NCBI GenBank assembly: GCA_964016885.1
Contig: OZ024741.1
Location: 265,236,001-265,300,000 of the forward strand
Direction of reading: 5' to 3'
Source of the DNA: Eledone cirrhosa
Taxonomy: Eukaryota
Length of the DNA stretch: 64,000 bases
The translations under genes were made by a program, and so were the position numbers. Each line of letters opens with the position of its first letter. Positions within the stretch are counted from its first letter, which is position 1. A model generated the notes under the pieces. It did not search any database and had not been told where the DNA came from. It worked only from the letters and a program-made list of their open reading frames with translations. Positions 27,470 through 40,483 of the stretch are shown piece after piece.

Positions 27470-27802
27470 GACACCTTTCGGTCACGAAGGATCATGGTTT
27501 TACACCTGGAATGTTCCCTTCAAGGCACAAGCCTGGGCAAGGCGTGATTAGGGAAAATCAGCAGCTACCCATGCATATCAGTCTCCACTCTCCACACCAC
27601 CAATGTTGCCCAAAGAAAGGCTATGGCTGATACAACTTGGCACCAGTGATATCACAACTCATTTCTACAGCTGAATGAACTGGAACAAGGTGAAATAAAG
27701 TGTCTTGCTCAAGAACACAATGCACAGCCCGGTCTGGGATTCAAACTCACAACCTTATGATTGTGAGCTCACCACTCTAACCATTGAGCCATGTTGCTTC
27801 AC
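27470..27802 (-). mobile_element. SINE related to family B (different tail)
   Basis: Reverse complement TGGCTCAATGGttagagtgg...GAGTTTGAATCC...cttgagcaagacactttatttcac. Confidence 0.75.
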
Positions 27803-27854
27803 ATGTATGTATATATCTATCTATATATGTGTATGTACATATGGTATGGCATGA

Positions 27855-28300
27855 ATTAAAGTTTTTGTTCCGACACAGCTGTATACATATAAGTATGTGA
27901 ATGTTGTAAAGCTAAAAGGGTTTCAAATGTTTATTTGTAAACATACCATATATCATTAGATATACAAAATACACATACTTATATGTATACAGCTATGTCA
28001 GAGCGAAAACTTTTATTTTATTTTCAGACTGAGTCGGCCTGACAGCTCCATATGCAAATGAGGCTAATCAGCCAATGTACATAGGCATAAAAACTATATA
28101 TTTTCACCTGTATTAAATTCCAGCAGAGAGCAGGGTAGGGGAAGCACTCTCTTGATAACAGCCACTAGCCAGAAACAATCGGTGATAGTTACCCTCTCTT
28201 GCTTCTGCTGGAATTTGCTAGATGGCGCTAGATGGCGTTAGCCATCAGCTTCCACAATTCATAACTAACAAGCTTTCAAATGTTTATTCGTAAACATATC
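27855..28300. repeat. Unclassified element with nested inverted repeats
   Basis: aaagtttttgttccgacacagctgtatacatataagtatgtg versus cacatacttatatgtatacagctatgtcagagcgaaaacttt; aaattccagcaga / tctgctggaattt; direct repeat tttcaaatgtttatt(t/c)gtaaacata. Confidence 0.6.
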
Positions 28301-28388
28301 ATAAATCATATATTTATATATATGTATTTATATATTTATGGACGTTAAACGATGATGATGATAATACATATATATATATGTATATATA

Positions 28389-28899
28389 CCATATATGCTG
28401 GCGTACAAGTTGATCCGGCGAATAGATTGACCCCTAAAAGTCTGATGTGTAATTTTTGGTTTCAGCCTATATTCGCCGGATAAGACGATCCCCCAAAAAT
28501 AAGGTACTTGTAGGGGAAATAATTGAAATAATTTAGTGGCGCGTTAAAGGCTAAGACACTTCTAAAACCCTTCAGTCGCAAGTGAGTTCTAACTCACCGA
28601 GTAAACCAGCCTGGCCTAACTTTAACGAACCTATGGTAACCTACCCTATGAGCTATGGCAAGTCATTGATATTATTATAATCTCTACGTTAAATAGACTT
28701 AACAAATATGAGATTCGGTAGAAAATAATTGTAGTGGGCTACTAGAGTGGTAAGTGGTGTACAACAAGTGTTAGGCAGTTTCACTGTTTACCCCTCGGAG
28801 GTAAAGGTTCACATTATATATTCGGTAGACAAGTCGACCCCTGGTTTTGGTGAGATATTTTTAGGCTCCAAATGTCGACTTGTATGCCAGCATATATGG
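28389..28899. mobile_element. Tc1/mariner-pogo-type MITE
   Basis: TIRs CCATATATGCTGGCGTACAAGTTGA / TCGACTTGTATGCCAGCATATATGG, flanked by TA on both sides; subterminal TIR-like repeats. Confidence 0.8.
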
Positions 28900-29696
28900 T
28901 ATATATGTTTATATATATATATACATAAATATACATTTATATATATATATATATATATATATAAATGTATATTTATGTATATATATATAAACATATATGA
29001 AGCGTCTAACTTTTTCATAAATTCCAAATTTCACTCGTTTATAAATTGTATATTCATATTTAACAATTATATTTAATGATGCTGTTTGTATATAATACCA
29101 TCTGAAATTCTCTATACACCTTTGTTTTAGTGACCCAGCCAGATTGATTGGAGTTGGTTGCTTTTGACAGGACCCACTGGAAGGTGTGTTTTAGGACTCT
29201 GCCCCCATAAAAAAAAGATCAAGAGAAGATTTCTGAAACAAGTTGTCTGCTAAGCAAGCATTCAATAAGAAAGTATATACTTTCATTATTTGATTATTAT
29301 AGGTACACATCAGTGTGAGTGTGAGTTTGTGAAATATATACATATACACCAGGTCCGAATACAGTCTGAATAAAAAATTGTTGAACAAAGCAATAAAATA
29401 TAAATGTGGGTGAACTCCTAAAGTATTCGAATTCCCTAGCAAAATGCGTGAATGCAGGATGAGAGAGCAAATGCAGGAAATTCTCGCATAATGTGTAAGT
29501 GTTGATAGGACTGTATATAAAGTCACTAGATTCACTTACATTTAACAGGCCTAATATTAGTTCATCAAAAGGAAGTAGTTTTCACATAGAGTGCTCTTTG
29601 ACTAATTAAGAATTAATTATAGTTATGACAAACGTTTGTGTGAAAGAAATAAGGCAGAAAGGAAACATCTAGAATATACTGACACACAGAAATGCA

Positions 29697-29736
<40 letters not shown>

Positions 29737-29849
29737 AATTTGTTCTGTAAGATTTCTTATCTGAAAACGTGTGTTGAACCAGATATTGTTACGCTTTGGG
29801 TGGGTCATGACAGCATGACCCTCCCAAAGTATTACAACATATATATATA

Positions 29850-31570
29850 TATCATCATCATCATCATCATTTAACGTCCACATTTCCACGCTTGCATGGG
29901 TTTGGACGGGAGTTTTCCCACTTGAGGCAAGAGTGGTTGTCTTGCTCGCATAGGACTGTCTGGCGGGGTTTCTACAGCTGGATGCCCTTCCTAACACCAA
30001 CCACATTTACAGCGTGGGACTGGGAGGTTTTTACCGTGTTACCTACACGGCCACATTACAGCGTGGACTGTGTGTTTTTTTTGTCGTGACACCTACACGA
30101 CCTCATTTGTTTCGGCCTGGATGTTGTGGCACCAACATAACTTTACATTGAAGGGGCGGTGTGGATGGGGTGGGGGTGGTGGGACGGGGGTGTATTTTGT
30201 TAGAGATGCCTACTGACTGTAGTAGGTTTTACTTTGTATTTAGGTAAGGCGGGTCTTCTCTATTACTGAGTACCGCCAAAGGTCTCGGTCCAGTGACATT
30301 GTCTTGGAGAGGTGTAAGTGTGTGAGGTCGGAATTTATCAGCTCGTCCCAGGTTTTTCTGGGTCTGCCTACTCCGTGGCTACCGTCTATCTTTATTGCCC
30401 TGCATTTTGTTATACAGCTATCGTCTTTCATGCGCATCACGTGACCATACCAACGTAGCCTCTCTCGAGTAAATAACATCTGATCCCTCTTATTTCTAAT
30501 TTTTTCCTTAGTTCGTTTATGCTTTGCCGTTCACGTATATTACTATTACACATCCAGCGGAGCATGCAAGCTTCGTTTCTCTCCAGTCTGCGTATATCCT
30601 CTGCACACAATGCCCAGGTCTCACTGCCATGTATCATTGCTGTTCGTATGCAGGCATCATACAGCCTGCCTTTCATTTTTAGAGAGAACCCTTTAGTGGC
30701 CAATAGTGGTATAAGCTCTCTGAACTTTTTCCATCCTGTTCTGACTCTAGTTACTGTACTTTCAGAGCACCCTCCCCCACTGCTGATTTTGTCACCCAGG
30801 TAACGGAAGCTGTCCACTATTTCTATAGAACCATCTGTGCAATGGAATGAGCTAGTATTTTGTGGGCACTTGCTGCTACTTATTGCACCAGAGCACCGGT
30901 CACATATAAAATCTATATTCTTAGTTAGCTTACCTGTGATCCCACTACATCTTTTATGCACCCATACTTTGCATTTGGGACATAAAATGGAGTTTCTGCT
31001 TACTCCTTTCCTACACACTGAGCATGGCCATTTCCCAGATGGGACCAGTGCCCTATTTTCCTTCCTACAAACTAGAACTTTAGTCTTAGACAAGTTAACT
31101 TTAAGGCCTTTTGATTCTAGGCCATGCTTCCATGTTTGGAATTTCTTCTCTAGTTCCGCCATTGATTCAGCTATGAGCGTTAGATCATCTGCATATAGGA
31201 GTTCCCATTGGCAGCCGGTCTTGAACTCCTCTGTTATAGCCTGAAGGGCAATAATAAATAGTAGGGGCCTAAAAACGGAGCCCTGATGAACACCAACTTT
31301 TACGCTAAACTCTTCACTATATTCGTTGTTAATTCTAACCTTGCTGACTGTTTCTTTATACATGGCTTGTATAGCTCTCACAAGCCATTCATCAACACCT
31401 AGTTTTATAAGGGCCCACCAGATAATCAAGCGGGGTACTCTGTCAAAGGCTTTCTCCAAGTCAACAAAGGCAAAGTATAGGGGTTTACTTTTAGCTAGGT
31501 ACTTCTCCTGTAGTTGTCGTACAATGAAGAGAGCGTCTGTTGTACTTTTACCTGACACAAACCCAAACTG
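29850..31570 (-). mobile_element. 5'-truncated RTE LINE: RT, PHD-like Cys/His insert, C-terminus (one frameshift near 30480), 3' UTR, (GAT)n tail
   Basis: QFGF..GKSTTDA, FVDLEKAFDRV, GVHQGS, LYADD, CSVC..CPKC..HKRC..CDRC, FRYLG, RLRWYGH. Confidence 0.93.
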
Positions 31571-31664
31571 GGGGGATGGGGTTATGTTAGCCATCCGCGG
31601 CCGAAACAAGGAGGAGGAGTCCTTGCATTCTCGTCCGGCAACATATATATATATATATAACGGC

Positions 31665-31954
31665 GATGAATTAGTTTTGCGAGGTTTTTGATATGAAATA
31701 GTGTCGAAACAAATATTGTTATACTTGGGGAGGGTCATATTTGTGTAATATTGCCAGAATTAATAACAGAACACACTGACTCATTGTATCTGTATTTTTG
31801 ACCATTGGTCAGTCAATGGCAACATTGAGGACCGAATAAATTAAATTAACCGATATAAAAGACACAGAAGCGAACATCGAAAACCAACCAAATAGTGAGT
31901 GTGTTCTGTTATTAATTCTGGCAATATTACACAAATATGACCCTCCCCAAGTAT

Positions 31955-31962
<8 letters not shown>
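31665..31962. mobile_element. Inverted pair of Penelope pLTR-like fragments (same family as 29735-29840 and 36400-37000)
   Basis: tatacttggggagggtcatatttgtgtaatattgccagaattaataacagaacacact and its reverse complement at 31895-31960. Confidence 0.65.
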
Positions 31963-31994
<32 letters not shown>

Positions 31995-32464
31995 TCATCA
32001 TCATCATCATCATCGTTTAACATCCATCTTCCACGCTTGCATGATATATATATATATATATATATCAGAATAGATGCAATAAAAACCTGTTAGACCATTA
32101 CTCACCAGAGTACTCAATACTTGGGGTAATAGAGCATGGTAATATGAAGGAGTAGGGACCCTAACGGCAGGAGTTCAGCTGTCGGGGTCCCAACTCCTTC
32201 ATATATATATATATAAATGTATAACAAAGATGGTGTAGAAAGGTACCAGGTGGACCATAACGCACCAGAGTACTCAATACTTAGGCTAGTAGAGCTGTCG
32301 AAACAGCCGGAGCTCAGCCAGGTAAATAGGTAAATTTATCTCATCTTGCTTGATTTTCCTAAATATAATTTTTATTATGCTCTGACTAATTGATTCTTAT
32401 TAATTCCTTCATTGAGCAAAACTGGTATTGGTTGGACTCACTCATATGTAGGTCTAAACTTGTG

Positions 32465-32506
<42 letters not shown>

Positions 32507-32513
32507 TATATAC

Positions 32514-32583
<70 letters not shown>

Positions 32584-32593
32584 GTATATATAA

Positions 32594-32701
32594 GTATGTA
32601 CACGTACATACATATATGCATACCGACGTACAGTAGTATGTATATATATATATACATACTACTGTACGTCGGTATGCATATATGTATGTACGTGTACATA
32701 C
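32594..32701. repeat. Perfect 108-bp palindrome centred on (TA)n
   Basis: gtatgtacacgtac...cgacgtacagtagtatg(ta)n catactactgtacgtcg...gtacgtgtacatac. Confidence 0.9.
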
Positions 32702-32924
32702 ATATATTTAAGTAACAGCCGTACTAAGAGTGGGAAATGAAATATCGTTTCATTTTTTCCGTCCATATGTATATATATATACATATATATATACATATAC
32801 AAATATATATACATATACATATATATACATATACAAATATATATACATATATATATACATATACATATATATATACATATATACATATATACATATATAT
32901 ACATATACAAATATATATATACAT

Positions 32925-33015
<91 letters not shown>

Positions 33016-33020
<5 letters not shown>

Positions 33021-34700
33021 GAAAAAGTGAAGAATAACATGGTCAACAGTACAAAAAAGGGATTTATTTACAGTCTGACAATTGTTTCAAATACGATTTC
33101 AATACAATTTCAAATACGATGTTAACTTAACCAGATCATCTGTCATCTACCATTACAAAATAGATGCCTGGAGTCAATATAGTGTGCCTATGTACTATAA
33201 ATTCAGGCAGCTTAGCATGGCACTACATAGGTTCCACAGCGGGGGAGTTCAAGAAAAGGTGGTGTGTCCATAGACACTCTATGAATAACAGGAAGCTCAT
33301 GAATACAACAACACTCGCCAATAAAATCTGGCAACTCAGATATGCAAACCAGGAATACAAAATCAGCTGGACGAAGTTATCATCGGCAATAGCCTATAGA
33401 ATTGGCATGCCCCAATGTGGTCTTTGTAATATGGAACTTTTCCAAATTTTAAAATACAACAAAATGCTACTTAACAGTAAAATTGAAAGAACTATTTTCT
33501 GTAGGCATAAAACGGCGACCACATTTGGGAACTTTAGACCAGCTTAATTCATCCAATCTATTCCATAACTCAAATTGTACCACTTAGATCTATTATAATA
33601 CGCTATTATCATCATTATTATAATAATTGCGGTGGATTGGCAGTATCGGTAGAGGGTCGCACATCGTGGTTTGCAGCATGGAGTTACAGGCCTTTACGAT
33701 CTGAGTTCAAATCCCGCCGAGGTTAACTTTGCCTTTCATCCTTACGGGGTCGATAAAATAAAGTACCAGTAATGCACTAGGATGATTGCTGGCCTTGTGC
33801 CAAAAGTAGAAACAATTATTATTATAATTGTCATCATCTATCAATGAACCAACATCATAACCTCTTATATTTTACATTCATATTTTATATATCTCTATCC
33901 TTCACTTTCTATCTTTCTATTTCTCTCCCTAAATTTATTTAATCTCTGGCATTTTATCTTATCATATTATTTTCACTTCTAATATAACTTGCAACTAATT
34001 AATCAAATAATTAATTAATTATATAATTAATTTATTAAAATAACCAATACACATATAAATATATTTAAACATTATCATGTTAACCACCAACACTATAACC
34101 ACTCTCAATAATCTTACTATGTTTACTTTTCTTCACACATTTTTTATTTATTTATTTTCATATTTTGTATTGTTTTATATCATCCTCGATGTAACTTTAT
34201 TAACAATTATTTATTTATTTGCATTTATTCATGTATTAGCATTTATTCATTTATTGTTGATATCATTATTTTCCTTTTATTTTTATTTTTCTCTACCTTT
34301 ATTTCTCCTTTCTCCTTTTCTCTCCTCCTTTCTCTCTGTCTTTTTTTCTCTCTCTATCTTTCTGTTTTCCTTTCTCCTTTTTCTTTCTCGCTTTTTTTCT
34401 TTCTTTCTTTTCTCTATCTCTCTTTCTTTTTTCTCTCTATCTTTATTATTAATATTATTAATGATGCTGTAATTTGAATTGGTAAAATTACCGGACATAT
34501 AGAAGTTATCTCCGATGATCTGGTTAAGCTAACATCGTATTTGAAATTGAGTGGCACTGTTTTAAGTGTTCAGCGATTTTTAGACATCTCTATCAGTGAA
34601 ACAATTGTCAGACTGTAAATAAATCCCTTTTTTGTACTGTTGACCATGTTATTCTTCACTTTTTCAATTTTATTACTCCAAGATAAACTTACATTGGAAT
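33016..34700 (+). mobile_element. 5'-truncated Penelope-like element: inverted pLTR, GIY-YIG fragment (33164-33547), 3' UTR, pLTR; family A SINE nested at 33630-33820
   Basis: NIV..C....HYIGST..EFKKRW..H...CGLC..E...LLN....CRH; 33016-33140 is the reverse complement of 34517-34668; hammerhead-like CCGATGA...GAAACAATTGTC. Confidence 0.85.
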
Positions 34701-34840
34701 ACAAGTGAAATCATAAACTCCCCACCTACATAAACCCCTTGTTGAGTCAAACAACGCCGTACACTAAAACTATCCATAATAAGAAGTATTCACAACCTCT
34801 AACTGGATTACCTGTAACTATATTTTGTTATCCCTTGTAC

Positions 34841-34871
<31 letters not shown>

Positions 34872-34894
34872 AACACATATATATATATATACAT

Positions 34895-35110
34895 CATCAT
34901 CATCATCATCAACAACGTTTAACGTCCGTGTTCCACGCTTGCATGGGTTTGGGCGGGGGTTTTCCCACTTGAGGCAAGAGTGATTGTCTTGCTCGCATAG
35001 GACTGTCTGGCGGGTTTTCTACAGCTGGATGCCCTTCCTAACACCAACCACATTTACAGTGTGGGGCTGGGAGGTTTTTACCGTGTTGCCTACACGGCCA
35101 CATTACAGCG
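34895..35110 (-). mobile_element. RTE 3' UTR tail fragment
   Basis: Match to 29850-30062. Confidence 0.85.
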
Positions 35111-35276
35111 TATATACACATATACATGTATATATACATATATATATATACATATACTTATATACATATATATACATATATATATATACGTATATATATA
35201 TATATATACGTATATACATATATATATATACGTATATACATATATATATATACGTATATACATATATATATATACG

Positions 35277-35333
<57 letters not shown>

Positions 35334-35404
35334 GTATATACATATATATATATATATATATACGTATATACATATATATATATATTATATATATATACGT
35401 ATAT

Positions 35405-35446
<42 letters not shown>

Positions 35447-35469
35447 GTATATACATATATACATATACG

Positions 35470-35502
<33 letters not shown>

Positions 35503-35539
35503 ATATACGTATATACATATATACATATACGTATATATG

Positions 35540-35573
<34 letters not shown>

Positions 35574-35668
35574 AACATTTGTTAATTACTCCCATACGGT
35601 TGAGTAAAAGAAATTTGGCCGAATCAGACTGCTTCTTCTAACAGCCCCCTTTAATAGCCATTGTCCCC

Positions 35669-35775
35669 CTACTGTTGCCCCTCTGTAGCAGGATAACTCA
35701 GATGAATTCTTTCTTGTTTGAAAATGTTCCCTGGTGAGTTGAGGTTTTCACAGTACTCAGGTTTACTCAATGAAA
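35669..35775 (-). CDS. Candidate terminal coding exon of the 54.4-kb secreted protein gene
   Basis: Acceptor ctatttttcttaaaacgtccctactgcAG; only the phase-1 frame is open, (V)SLSKPEYCENLNSPGNIFKQERIHLSYPATEGQQ*, matching the phase-1 donor at 54184; apparently non-repetitive sequence. Confidence 0.3.
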
Positions 35776-35899
35776 CTGCAGTAGGGACGTTTTAAGAAAA
35801 ATAGGGAAGTTTTTTATCTTGTTTGCTTTTCTGAAATATAATTTATATATATATACGATATTTATAATTTATATATATATACGATATTTATATATATAT

Positions 35900-38393
35900 A
35901 CGATATTAATAAATGGAAACTATATTTATAAAACCATATTTATTTCATTATACATATTTCAGGGAAACCAAATTAAAATATGGTATGCCTTCATCAGACA
36001 AAATACAATATATAAACAGTTTTATAAATAATTTTGACGTACCCTATTAAATGCAACCATTATTTTTGCGTTTGGAGGGTGGGAGCGGTTATTTATAAAA
36101 CTGTTTATATATTGTATTTTGTCTGATGAAGGCATACCATATTTTAATTTGGTATCCCTGAAATATGTATAATGAAGCACACAACACACACACAGAAACA
36201 AAATGGCGTAGGACAGAACAAAGGAGAGGCACAGAAACAAAGAAAGGAATCCCCAGTCACTGAAGAGGTCACAGAGTGTGTGACGAAAGAACTATGACAA
36301 TATATAAACAACTATCTGGTTGTGGAACCAACCAACCAACCAGAAATTTATAAATTTATAAATTTATTATAAATTTATTATAAATTTATTGTAATAAATT
36401 GAAGTGAAAGCAACTGGTGCGTGTGTTTCTTATTGGCAACATGACCCTCCCAAAGTATAACAATATCGGTTTCAACACACGATTTCAGATAAAGAATCTT
36501 GCTAAACAAATTCAGAAATAAATAAATATGGTTTTATAAATATAGTTTCCATTTATTAATATCGTATATCTACTCCAAAAACTTGTCGAGTGCTTTATAT
36601 CAGTTATAAAATATTTACTTGTTGTATCCCAACAATTTTAAATAGAACTTTTGCATATATATATATATATATATATATACAAATATAATTTCAGCGAGAT
36701 CGTATTTCGGCGGGGGCCAAAAACAAAACGAAACACAATCTTCGAGATATGCGGCAACCTAAAAGAAGACCAGAGCAATTAACATACGTTATAAAGGCCA
36801 GATAAAATGAAAACAGTGGTCGTGAAGCCATCAGCCACCGGAGCCAAAAAACGAAGCAAGCTAAACAGGTTAACAAAAGAATATATATATATATATTTCG
36901 TTTCTGAATTTGTTTAGCAAGATTCTTTATCTGAAAACGTGTGTTGAAACCGATATTGCTATGCTTTGGGAGGGTCATGTTGCCAATAAGAAACACACGC
37001 ACCAGTTGCGTTCACTCCAATTTATTATAAATTAAATTTATAAATTTAAGAATTTATAAATTTCCGGTTGGTTGGTTGGTGCCATAACCGGACGGTTGTT
37101 CATATATTGTCAAAGTTCTTTCGTCACACATTCTGTGACCTCTTCAGTGACGTGATTATTTTCTTTGTTTTGTGCCTCTCGTTTGCGGATTTGGTACGGG
37201 AGATGAGAAACGTGTCCCGCATGTGCAACCCCGAAGAACTAGAGAGACACATACAACACTTCATCCACCGTATGCAGTTCTCTGGTTACAATCAGAGAGA
37301 TAAAATCAGAGTGTATAGAGGAGCCAGAACCAGATGGGAAAAAATGGTAAATAATGACACAAATGGGACCTGCCCCTTGTATAGGAGCAAATTTTGGAAT
37401 AGAATAGAAAGAACTGGGAATAAGGCTAATAGAATAAACTCATGGTATGATAGCAATAAATACCAGAGTTCATCGATACAACCCCTAGAGGTGAATTAGC
37501 TTACAAATTTAGAAGGGCCTTAGATAAACATAAACTCAATATTAAGATAGTAGAAAGACCAGGTACCTCCATAAAAACACTTATTAGCAAGACATACCCT
37601 TTTCAAAGACCCCCCCCCCTGTATAGATAAGAAATGTATAACCTGTAAATTAAGCCCCCATATTAACTGTAAAACTAGAAATGTAGTATATAGCATAAGA
37701 TGTACTGAAGGACAATGTAGAGATGAAAATATAGTGTACATAGGTGAGACAGCTCGTAGTGTAAGGGAACGGATAAATGAACACTGGCGAGACCTTCAAG
37801 ATAGTAAAGAATCATCTGTACTCTACCAACATGCTAAAATAGAACATAAGGGTAAATTAGAGAACATAGAAATACAAATAGAATCTACACACAGAAAAGA
37901 CGCAATGTTTAGACAAATCACAGAGGCAATAAACATAAAAGAATTACAACCAAAATTAAATAGAAAATATGAGTGGAACAGCAACATCACAACTTACAAT
38001 TAAGGACAAAATGAAAACACACACGCACATAGAACAAACAACCAACCAGTAACATGTAAATAAACAAATAAATAAACGAATATAAACACACACAGACACC
38101 TGGATATGGTGCATGCGCAGACTGAACACACAACGCACACACAGAAACAAGATGGCGTAGGACAGAACAAAGGAGAGGCACAAAAACAAAGAAAAGAATC
38201 CCCAGTCACTGAAGAGGTCACAGAATGTGTGACGAAAGAACTTTGACAATATATAAACAACCATCTGGTTGTGGAACCAACCAACCAACCGGAAATTTAT
38301 AAATTCCTAAATTTATAAATTTATTATAATAAATTGAAGTGAAAGCAACTGGTGCGTGTGTTTCTTATTGGCAACATGACCCTCCCAAAGTAT

Positions 38394-38400
<7 letters not shown>
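35900..38400 (+). mobile_element. Penelope-like element remnant with a frameshifted linker and GIY-YIG ORF (37185-38003) and several direct and inverted pLTR copies
   Basis: C...C..C......C...NVVYSIRC...VYIGETARS...RINEH...RQITEA.NI..LQP.LN; 36180-36520 repeats 38135-38400; 36900-37180 is inverted; inverted hammerhead-like pair at 35941-36030 / 36090-36176. Confidence 0.88.
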
Positions 38401-38445
<45 letters not shown>

Positions 38446-38778
38446 GAATAAACAAGAGAGATGAACACTAATATAAACATACATGTGTTCGAATCGTAAG
38501 GACTAAAATTTGGTAGGGGGGAAAAATACTACCTACAGCAATATAGTTTGTTATCCTTAACTTTAAATATTAAATTAAGAAAAATAACAGACCTATATTG
38601 GGCAAATATGCCTGGTAACAACTAGACAGTGTTGGAGACTGTTTCGCAACGACTTATTAAGTGAAGTTTTCACGTTTCTCTGCTCCTCAGTAGTTGTTAA
38701 GAAATTATATTGTACGGCTCGGAAAAGCTTTTTTCTTAGAGCTATTTAATTGTAAGGGACTACCCTGAGTTCTTAACT

Positions 38779-38850
<72 letters not shown>

Positions 38851-39416
38851 GTGGAGTGTATATCATCATCATCATCATCATCATCATTTAACGTTCCTTG
38901 TTCTTGTTATAAAGAGTGGGATGGGTCTTCATATATATATACATGTATATATATTTTCCAGTCTCCTTCTCAACAAGGAAGATGAAAAAAAACTTGCTTC
39001 AACACTTAATTTTAAATCCTTAATTTTTAATTCCTATTAATTCTTTTTAATTGTAATACTCAACATTTGATAAGATGGGTTTTACTAATGCATTGAAACC
39101 GGTTATACTTTATATACATTATAAAACTCTTTTTTAAAAGAATTGTCCCTCTAATTGTTTCAATAATGTCACTTTGACGAATCAAAGAAAAGAAAAGAAA
39201 GAAAAACAGACCCTTAATTATATTTTCCGTGCTATTTCCAATTTCACTTTTTCTCTATAACGAGTGTTTTATATAGAACCGTACTGCCCTTTTCAAATAT
39301 ATATATATGTGTGTGTGTGTGTGCGTGTGTGTAAAAGGTAAACATAAATAACAACACAATCGGTACAGATATGGAAGGGATATGTTAGGTTAACGCTTGA
39401 TATAGCAGGAAAAGGG

Positions 39417-39452
39417 TCTTAACGTTTCGGACGCTAGTCCTTCATCAGAAGA
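39417..39452 (-). ncRNA. Minimal type I hammerhead ribozyme, all core positions intact
   Basis: TCTT-CTGATGA-a-GGAC-tagc-GTCC-GAAA-CG-TT-AAGA: stem I TCTT/AAGA, stem II GGAC/GTCC, palindromic AACGTT in place of stem III. Confidence 0.75.
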
Positions 39453-39524
39453 AAGAATGAGAAATAAGATAGATTGAGTGGACGGGCGGGTTGGAATTGG
39501 AATATATATATATATATATATATC

Positions 39525-39712
39525 GACAGTCGATCGACTCTCGTCAAATCGTACCGCGGAAGCAATGTTTCCACTGGTTTTTTTGATTGCTAATACTCTT
39601 TATCGGACACAACTGCAGGTAGAAGGAGCAACGTGAAATTAAGTGTTTTGCCCAAGGACATGACGCATTGCCCGGCCCAGGAATCGAACTCACAACCTCA
39701 CGATTGCAAAGC
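39525..39712 (-). mobile_element. SINE related to family B (similar pieces at 15240-15370 and 19075-19320)
   Basis: B-box GAGTTCGATTCC on the minus strand, core ccttgggcaaaacacttaatttcacgttgctcc. Confidence 0.75.
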
Positions 39713-39715
39713 GCC

Positions 39716-39759
<44 letters not shown>

Positions 39760-39965
39760 ACCATTTCTGTTATTCGTTTTTCATTATATTTTAACGGACT
39801 TATGTTGAAATATTTCCTAAACAACTCCAGGTTAGTCTTCCTCTCCCGATGTTGTTGCGTCATAACTTCTTTTATAATATTTCGTTTTTTGTATTTGTTC
39901 TACAAGACTCTTGAGTTGAAACAAATATTGTTATACTTTGGCATAATTTTTAATAATATATATAT

Positions 39966-40165
39966 ATATAGGAAAAGGTAAGACCCCGACGGCAGAGCTC
40001 AAGTCGTTTCGACGGCTATTTCTGGCTATTTCCAGAAATAGCCGTCGAAACGGCTTGAGCTCTGCCGTGGGGGTCTTACTTTTTCCTATTTCCCACTCTA
40101 CTAACCTAAGTATTGAGTACTCTGGTGCATTATGATCCATCTGGTTCATTACCACTATTCCTCTG

Positions 40166-40168
<3 letters not shown>
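39966..40168. mobile_element. Hairpin short element; an internally deleted inverted copy lies at 41736-41775
   Basis: About 55-bp stem plus conserved tail ending ccactattcctctgtta. Confidence 0.85.
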
Positions 40169-40205
<37 letters not shown>

Positions 40206-40483
40206 GATAAAGCTAAAAATTATTTATCAAATCGCATCTAGCAAAAATCATTTCAAAAAGTTTAGGATGCCCATTTGGTCTACATGTGTTCTTATATTTA
40301 ATATAGAAGTTTATCTAGTGTAACGTTTATTCGAAATATTTGGAGCATCAACTTTTAGGGTAGCTTAATTTTTCATGAAGAGTGTTTAAATAAAAATAAA
40401 AATAAAAATGAAAAGAATAAAAAGAAGAAATCGAAAGATTTATCGGCTAGTTTCCCATATAATTATAAATCAAACTAAATATA

